Positions 53,601-64,000 of a stretch of DNA of 64,000 nt are shown here, one piece after another. Each line of letters starts with the position of its first letter. Within the stretch, counting starts at the first letter, position 1. Both the position numbers and the translations under genes were made by a program. Source of the DNA: Eledone cirrhosa (lineage: Eukaryota); the NCBI GenBank assembly GCA_964016885.1, contig OZ024740.1:434992001-435056000 (forward strand), given 5' to 3'. The notes under the pieces are model-generated. The model was not told the origin of the DNA, made no database searches, and saw only the letters and a program-made list of their open reading frames with translations.

Positions 53601-56600
53601 GTCAGACTATAACAATATAGACTATATATCTACACTAGTAGGTCAGACTATAACACTATAGACTATATATCTACACTAGGAGATCAGTAATATAACAATA
53701 TAGACTATATATCTACACTAGTAGATCAGACTATATAACAATATAGACTATATATCTACACTAGTAGGTCAGACTATATATCTACACTAGTAGGTCAGAC
53801 TATAACAATATAGACTATATATCTACACTAGTAGGTCAGACTATAACAATATAGATTATATATCTACACTAGTAGGTCAGTAATATAACAATATAGACTA
53901 TATATCTACACTAGTAGGTCAGTAATATAACAATATAGACTATATATCTACACTTGTAGATCAGACTATATAACAATATAGACTATATATCTACACTAGT
54001 AGGTCATTAATATAACAATATAGACTATATATATCTACACTAGTAGGTCAGACTATAACAATATAGACTATATATCTACACTAGTAGGTCAGACTATAAC
54101 AATATAGACTATATATCTACACTAGTATATCAGACTGTATAACAATATAGACTATATATCTACACTAGTAGGTCAGACTATAACAATATAGACTATATAT
54201 CTACACTAGTAGGTCAGACTATAACAATATAGACTATATATATCTACACTAGTAGGTCAGTAATATAACAATATAGACTATATATCTACACTAGTAGGTC
54301 AGTAATATAACAATATAGACTATATACCTACACTAGTAGGTCAGACTATAACAATATAGACTATATATCTACACTAGTAGGTCAGACTATAACAATATAG
54401 ACTATATATCTACACTAGTAGGTCAGACTATAACAATATAGACTACATATCTACACTAGTAGGTCAGACTATAACAATATAGACTATATATCTACACTAG
54501 TAGGTCAGTAATATAACAATATAGACTATATATCTACACTAATAGGTCAGTAATATAACAATATAGACTATATATCTACACTAGTAGGTCAGACCATATA
54601 ACAATATAGACTATATATCTACACTAGGAGGTCAGTAATATAACAATATAGTCTATATATCTACACTAGTAGGTCAGACTATATAACAATATAGTCTATA
54701 TATCTACACTAGTAGGTCAGTAATATAACAATATAGACTATATATCTACACTAGTAGGTCAGACTATAACAATATAGACTATATATATACACTAGTAGAT
54801 CAGACTATATAACAATATAGTCTATATATCTACACTAGTAGGTCAGACTATAACAATATAGACTATATATCTACACTAGTAGGTCAGACCATATAACAAT
54901 ATAGACTATATATCTACACTAGGAGGTCAGTAATATAACAATATAGTCTATATATCTACACTAGTAGGTCAGACTATAACAATATAGACTATATATCTAC
55001 ACTAGTAGGTCAGACTATAACAATATAGACTATATATCTACACTTGGAGATCCGTAATATAACAATATAGACTATATATCTACACTAGTAGATCAGACTA
55101 TATAACAATATAGACTATATATCTACACTAGTAGATCAGACTATATAACAATATAGACTATATATCTACACTAGTAGGTCAGTAATATAACAATATAGAC
55201 TATATATCTACACTAGTAGGTCAGACCATATAACAATATAGACTATATATCTACACTAGTAGGTCAGTAATGTAAAAATATAGACTATATATCTACACTA
55301 GTAGGTCAGACTATATAACAATATAGACTATATATCTACACTAGTAGATCAGACTATATAACAATATAGACTATATATCTACACTAGTAGATCAGACTAT
55401 ATAACAATATAGACTATATATCTACACTAGTAGATCAGACTATATAACAATATAGTCTATATATCTACACTAGTAGATCAGACTATATAACAATATAGAC
55501 TATATATCTACACTAGTAGGTCAGTAATATAACAATATAGACTATATATCTACACTAGTAGGTCAGACCATATAACAATATAGACTATATATCTACACTA
55601 GGAGGTCAGTAATATAACAATATAGTCTATATATATACACTAGTAGGTCAGACTATAAAAATATAGACTATATATCTACACTAGTAGGTCAGACTATAAC
55701 AATATAGACTATATATCTACACTAGGAGATCAGTAATATAACAATATAGACTATATATCTACACTAGTAGATCAGACTATATAACAATATAGACTATATA
55801 TCTACACTAGTAGATCAGACTATATAACAATATAGACTATATATCTACACTAGTAGATCAGACAATAACAAAATAGACTATATATCTACACTAGTAGATC
55901 AGTAATAAAACAATATAGACTATATATCTACACTAGTAGGTCAGACTATATAACAATATAGACTATATATCTACACTAGTAGGTCAGACTATATAACAAT
56001 ATAGTCTATATATCTACACTAGTAGGTCAGAATATATAACAATATAGACTATATATCTACACTAGTAGGTCAGACTATAACAATATAGACTATATACCTA
56101 CACTAGTAGGTCAGACTATAACAATATAGACTATATATCTACACTAGTAGGTCAGTAATATAACAATATAGACTATATATCTACACTAGTAGGTCAGACT
56201 ATAACAATATAGACTATATATCTACACTAGTAGGTCAGTAATATAACAATATAGACTATATATCTACACTAGTAGGTCAGTAATATAACAATATAGACTA
56301 TATATCTACACTAGTAGGTCAGACCATATAACAATATAGACTATATATCTACACTAGGAGGTCAGTAATATAACAATATAGTCTATATATCTACACTAGT
56401 AGGTCAGACTATATAACAATATAGTCTATATATCTACACTAGTAGGTCAGACTATAACAATATAGACTATATATCTACACTAGGAGATCAGTAATATAAC
56501 AATATAGACTATATATCTACACTAGTAGATCAGACTATATAACAATATAGACTATATATCTACACTAGTAGATCAGACTATATAACAATATAGACTATAT

Positions 56601-59600
56601 ATCTACACTAGTAGGTCAGACTATATAACAATATAGTCTATATATCTACACTAGTAGGTCAGACTATAACAATATAGACTATATATCTACACTAGTAGGT
56701 CAGACTATAACAATATAGACTATATATCTACACTAGTAGGTCAGACTATAACAATATAGACTATATATCTACACTAGTAGGTCAGACTATAACAATATAG
56801 ACTATATATCTACACTAGTAGGTCAGACTATAACAATATAGACTATATATCTACACTAGTAGGTCAGACTATAACAATATAGACTATATATCTACACTAG
56901 TAGGTCAGACTATAACAATATAGACTATATATCTACACTAGGAGATCAGTAATATAACAATATAGACTATATATCTACACTAGTAGATCAGACTATATAA
57001 CAATATAGACTATATATCTACACTAGTAGGTCAGACTATATATCTACACTAGTAGGTCAGACTATAACAATATAGACTATATATCTACACTAGTAGGTCA
57101 GACTATAACAATATAGATTATATATCTACACTAGTAGGTCAGTAATATAACAATATAGACTATATATCTACACTAGTAGGTCAGTAATATAACAATATAG
57201 ACTATATATCTACACTTGTAGATCAGACTATATAACAATATAGACTATATATCTACACTAGTAGGTCATTAATATAACAATATAGACTATATATATCTAC
57301 ACTAGTAGGTCAGACTATAACAATATAGACTATATATCTACACTAGTAGGTCAGACTATAACAATATAGACTATATATCTACACTAGTATATCAGACTGT
57401 ATAACAATATAGACTATATATCTACACTAGTAGGTCAGACTATAACAATATAGACTATATATCTACACTAGTAGGTCAGACTATAACAATATAGACTATA
57501 TATATCTACACTAGTAGGTCAGTAATATAACAATATAGACTATATATCTACACTAGTAGGTCAGTAATATAACAATATAGACTATATACCTACACTAGTA
57601 GGTCAGACTATAACAATATAGACTATATATCTACACTAGTAGGTCAGACTATAACAATATAGACTATATATCTACACTAGTAGGTCAGACTATAACAATA
57701 TAGACTACATATCTACACTAGTAGGTCAGACTATAACAATATAGACTATATATCTACACTAGTAGGTCAGTAATATAACAATATAGACTATATATCTACA
57801 CTAATAGGTCAGTAATATAACAATATAGACTATATATCTACACTAGTAGGTCAGACCATATAACAATATAGACTATATATCTACACTAGGAGGTCAGTAA
57901 TATAACAATATAGTCTATATATCTACACTAGTAGGTCAGACTATATAACAATATAGTCTATATATCTACACTAGTAGGTCAGTAATATAACAATATAGAC
58001 TATATATCTACACTAGTAGGTCAGACTATAACAATATAGACTATATATATACACTAGTAGATCAGACTATATAACAATATAGTCTATATATCTACACTAG
58101 TAGGTCAGACTATAACAATATAGACTATATATCTACACTAGTAGGTCAGACCATATAACAATATAGACTATATATCTACACTAGGAGGTCAGTAATATAA
58201 CAATATAGTCTATATATCTACACTAGTAGGTCAGACTATAACAATATAGACTATATATCTACACTAGTAGGTCAGACTATAACAATATAGACTATATATC
58301 TACACTTGGAGATCCGTAATATAACAATATAGACTATATATCTACACTAGTAGATCAGACTATATAACAATATAGACTATATATCTACACTAGTAGATCA
58401 GACTATATAACAATATAGACTATATATCTACACTAGTAGGTCAGTAATATAACAATATAGACTATATATCTACACTAGTAGGTCAGACCATATAACAATA
58501 TAGACTATATATCTACACTAGTAGGTCAGTAATGTAAAAATATAGACTATATATCTACACTAGTAGGTCAGACTATATAACAATATAGACTATATATCTA
58601 CACTAGTAGATCAGACTATATAACAATATAGACTATATATCTACACTAGTAGATCAGACTATATAACAATATAGACTATATATCTACACTAGTAGATCAG
58701 ACTATATAACAATATAGTCTATATATCTACACTAGTAGATCAGACTATATAACAATATAGACTATATATCTACACTAGTAGGTCAGTAATATAACAATAT
58801 AGACTATATATCTACACTAGTAGGTCAGACCATATAACAATATAGACTATATATCTACACTAGGAGGTCAGTAATATAACAATATAGTCTATATATATAC
58901 ACTAGTAGGTCAGACTATAAAAATATAGACTATATATCTACACTAGTAGGTCAGACTATAACAATATAGACTATATATCTACACTAGGAGATCAGTAATA
59001 TAACAATATAGACTATATATCTACACTAGTAGATCAGACTATATAACAATATAGACTATATATCTACACTAGTAGATCAGACTATATAACAATATAGACT
59101 ATATATCTACACTAGTAGATCAGACAATAACAAAATAGACTATATATCTACACTAGTAGATCAGTAATAAAACAATATAGACTATATATCTACACTAGTA
59201 GGTCAGACTATATAACAATATAGACTATATATCTACACTAGTAGGTCAGACTATATAACAATATAGTCTATATATCTACACTAGTAGGTCAGAATATATA
59301 ACAATATAGACTATATATCTACACTAGTAGGTCAGACTATAACAATATAGACTATATACCTACACTAGTAGGTCAGACTATAACAATATAGACTATATAT
59401 CTACACTAGTAGGTCAGTAATATAACAATATAGACTATATATCTACACTAGTAGGTCAGACTATAACAATATAGACTATATATCTACACTAGTAGGTCAG
59501 TAATATAACAATATAGACTATATATCTACACTAGTAGGTCAGTAATATAACAATATAGACTATATATCTACACTAGTAGGTCAGACCATATAACAATATA

Positions 59601-62600
59601 GACTATATATCTACACTAGGAGGTCAGTAATATAACAATATAGTCTATATATCTACACTAGTAGGTCAGACTATATAACAATATAGTCTATATATCTACA
59701 CTAGTAGGTCAGACTATAACAATATAGACTATATATCTACACTAGGAGATCAGTAATATAACAATATAGACTATATATCTACACTAGTAGATCAGACTAT
59801 ATAACAATATAGACTATATATCTACACTAGTAGATCAGACTATATAACAATATAGACTATATATCTACACTAGTAGGTCAGACTATATAACAATATAGTC
59901 TATATATCTACACTAGTAGGTCAGACTATAACAATATAGACTATATATCTACACTAGTAGGTCAGACTATAACAATATAGACTATATATCTACACTAGTA
60001 GGTCAGACTATAACAATATAGACTATATATCTACACTAGTAGGTCAGACTATAACAATATAGACTATATATCTACACTAGTAGGTCAGACTATAACAATA
60101 TAGACTATATATCTACACTAGTAGGTCAGACTATAACAATATAGACTATATATCTACACTAGTAGGTCAGACTATAACAATATAGACTATATATCTACAC
60201 TAGGAGATCAGTAATATAACAATATAGACTATATATCTACACTAGTAGATCAGACTATATAACAATATAGACTATATATCTACACTAGTAGGTCAGACTA
60301 TATATCTACACTAGTAGGTCAGACTATAACAATATAGACTATATATCTACACTAGTAGGTCAGACTATAACAATATAGATTATATATCTACACTAGTAGG
60401 TCAGTAATATAACAATATAGACTATATATCTACACTAGTAGGTCAGTAATATAACAATATAGACTATATATCTACACTTGTAGATCAGACTATATAACAA
60501 TATAGACTATATATCTACACTAGTAGGTCATTAATATAACAATATAGACTATATATATCTACACTAGTAGGTCAGACTATAACAATATAGACTATATATC
60601 TACACTAGTAGGTCAGACTATAACAATATAGACTATATATCTACACTAGTATATCAGACTGTATAACAATATAGACTATATATCTACACTAGTAGGTCAG
60701 ACTATAACAATATAGACTATATATCTACACTAGTAGGTCAGACTATAACAATATAGACTATATATATCTACACTAGTAGGTCAGTAATATAACAATATAG
60801 ACTATATATCTACACTAGTAGGTCAGTAATATAACAATATAGACTATATACCTACACTAGTAGGTCAGACTATAACAATATAGACTATATATCTACACTA
60901 GTAGGTCAGACTATAACAATATAGACTATATATCTACACTAGTAGGTCAGACTATAACAATATAGACTACATATCTACACTAGTAGGTCAGACTATAACA
61001 ATATAGACTATATATCTACACTAGTAGGTCAGTAATATAACAATATAGACTATATATCTACACTAATAGGTCAGTAATATAACAATATAGACTATATATC
61101 TACACTAGTAGGTCAGACCATATAACAATATAGACTATATATCTACACTAGGAGGTCAGTAATATAACAATATAGTCTATATATCTACACTAGTAGGTCA
61201 GACTATATAACAATATAGTCTATATATCTACACTAGTAGGTCAGTAATATAACAATATAGACTATATATCTACACTAGTAGGTCAGACTATAACAATATA
61301 GACTATATATATACACTAGTAGATCAGACTATATAACAATATAGTCTATATATCTACACTAGTAGGTCAGACTATAACAATATAGACTATATATCTACAC
61401 TAGTAGGTCAGACCATATAACAATATAGACTATATATCTACACTAGGAGGTCAGTAATATAACAATATAGTCTATATATCTACACTAGTAGGTCAGACTA
61501 TAACAATATAGACTATATATCTACACTAGTAGGTCAGACTATAACAATATAGACTATATATCTACACTTGGAGATCCGTAATATAACAATATAGACTATA
61601 TATCTACACTAGTAGATCAGACTATATAACAATATAGACTATATATCTACACTAGTAGATCAGACTATATAACAATATAGACTATATATCTACACTAGTA
61701 GGTCAGTAATATAACAATATAGACTATATATCTACACTAGTAGGTCAGACCATATAACAATATAGACTATATATCTACACTAGTAGGTCAGTAATGTAAA
61801 AATATAGACTATATATCTACACTAGTAGGTCAGACTATATAACAATATAGACTATATATCTACACTAGTAGATCAGACTATATAACAATATAGACTATAT
61901 ATCTACACTAGTAGATCAGACTATATAACAATATAGACTATATATCTACACTAGTAGATCAGACTATAACAATATAGACTATATATCTACACTAGTAGGT
62001 CAGGAATGTAACAATATAGACTATATATCTACACTAGTAGGTCAGACTATATATCTACACTAGTAGGTCAGACTATATAACAATATGGACTATATATCTA
62101 CACTAGTAGATCAGACTATATAACAATATAGACTATATATCTACACTAGTAGGTCAGTAATATAACGATATAGACTATATATCTAAACTAGTAGGTCAGA
62201 CTATATAACAATATAGACTATATATCTACACTAGTAGATCAGACTATAACAATATAGACTATATATCTACACTAGTAGGTCAGTAATATAACAATATAGA
62301 CTATATATCTACACTAGTAGGTCAGACTATATAACAATATAGACTATATATCTACACTAGTAGGTCAGACTATATATCTACACTAGTAGGTCAGACTATA
62401 ACAATATAGACTATATATCTACACTAGTAGGTCAGACTATAACAATATAGACTATATATCTACACTAGTAGGTCAGACTATAACAATATAGATTATATAT
62501 ATACACTAGTAGGTCAGTAATATAACAATATAGACTATATATCTACACTAGTACGTCAGTAATATAACAATATAGACTATATATCTACACTAGTAGATCA

Positions 62601-64000
62601 GACTATATAACAATATAGACTATATATCTACACTAGTAGGTCAGTAATATAACAATATAGACTATATATATCTACACTAGTAGGTCAGACTATAACAATA
62701 TAGACTATATATCTACACTAGTAGGTCAGACTATAACAATATAGACTATATATCTACACTAGTATATCAGACTGTATAACAATATAGACTATATATCTAC
62801 ACTAGTAGGTCAGACTATATAACAATATAGTCTATATATCTACACTAGTAGATCAGACTATATAACAATATAGACTATATAGCAACACTAGTAGGTCAGA
62901 CTATAACAATATAGACTATATATCTACACTAGTAGGTCAGACTATAACAATATAGACTATATATCTACACTAGTAGGTCAGACTATAACAATATAGACTA
63001 TATATCTACACTAGTAGGTCAGACTATAACAATATAGACTATATATCTACACTAGTAGCTCAGTAATATAACAATATAGACTATATATCTACACTAGTAG
63101 GTCAGTAATATAACAATATAGACTATATACCTACACTAGTAGGTCAGACTATAACAATATAGACTATATATCTACACTAGTAGGTCAGACTATAACAATA
63201 TAGACTATATATCTACACTAGTAGGTCAGACTATAACAATATAGACTACATATCTACACTAGTAGGTCAGACTATAACAATATAGACTATATATCTACAC
63301 TAGTCGGTCAGTAATATAACAATATAGACTATATATCTACACTAGTAGGTCAGACTATATAACAATATAGTCTATATATCTACACTAGTAGATCAGACTA
63401 TATAACAATATAGACTATATAGCAACACTAGTAGGTCAGACTATAACAATATAGACTATATATCTACACTAGTAGGTCAGACTATAACAATATAGACTAT
63501 ATATCTACACTAGTAGGTCAGACTATAACAATATAGACTATATATCTACACTAGTAGGTCAGACTATAACAATATAGACTATATATCTACACTAGTAGCT
63601 CAGTAATATAACAATATAGACTATATATCTACACTAGTAGGTCAGTAATATAACAATATAGACTATATACCTACACTAGTAGGTCAGACTATAACAATAT
63701 AGACTATATATCTACACTAGTAGGTCAGACTATAACAATATAGACTATATATCTACACTAGTAGGTCAGACTATAACAATATAGACTACATATCTACACT
63801 AGTAGGTCAGACTATAACAATATAGACTATATATCTACACTAGTCGGTCAGTAATATAACAATATAGACTATATATCTACACTAGTAGGTCAGACCATAT
63901 AACAATATAGACTATATATCTACACTAGGAGGTCAGTAATATAACAATATAGTCTATATATCTACACTAGTAGGTCAGACTATAACAATATAGACTATAT
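23658..64000. repeat. AT-rich 41-43-bp satellite CTACACTAGTAG(G/A)TCAGACTA(TA)TAACAATATAGACTATATAT, roughly 950 copies, open at window end
   Basis: Three main unit lengths: 41 (GACTATAAC), 42 (GTAATATAAC) and 43 (GACTATATAAC). SpeI site ACTAGT in most units. Begins from a (TA)n run at 23658. Confidence 0.98.
24202..24330 (+). mobile_element. 129-bp insertion in the satellite, probably a 5'-truncated non-LTR retrotransposon 3' UTR
   Basis: Unique T-rich sequence ending in AATAAAGAAAT (AATAAA at 24320-24325). Flanked by a CAATAT duplication (24196-24201 and 24331-24336); the satellite unit resumes in register. Confidence 0.75.

Noticed and set aside
1-64000. Regular 30-50 bp repeats as CRISPR arrays
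   Set aside because: Units are head-to-tail with no unique spacers, there are no cas genes, and the context is eukaryotic (spliceosomal exon, SINE).

Overview
Eukaryotic, AT-rich genomic DNA, about 95% tandem repeat. There is no prokaryotic gene, CRISPR array or intact transposon. The repeat families look cephalopod (Octopus-like); this is inference from recalled SINE motifs. The only credible host coding sequence is one 54-nt minus-strand exon (17830-17883, RLRTENRLLRQRIDNLEK) matching the coiled-coil of the Rab-GAP EVI5/EVI5L. The rest is most simply read as its two very large introns. These hold a 50-bp satellite (1-16143), a mariner transposase relic, 29-bp and 46-48-bp minisatellites, a full tRNA-derived SINE with a ~40-bp target-site duplication, a G-rich 34/57-bp satellite, and a >40-kb 41-43-bp satellite with kb-scale higher-order repeats and one short retro-insertion. 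Most notable: three arrays appear to be tandem amplifications of small transposon pieces. The 46-mer aligns directly to the tail of the neighbouring SINE, the 34-mer resembles the SINE A-box head, and the 50-mer possibly derives from the left end of the adjacent mariner. The ORF track is otherwise artefactual.
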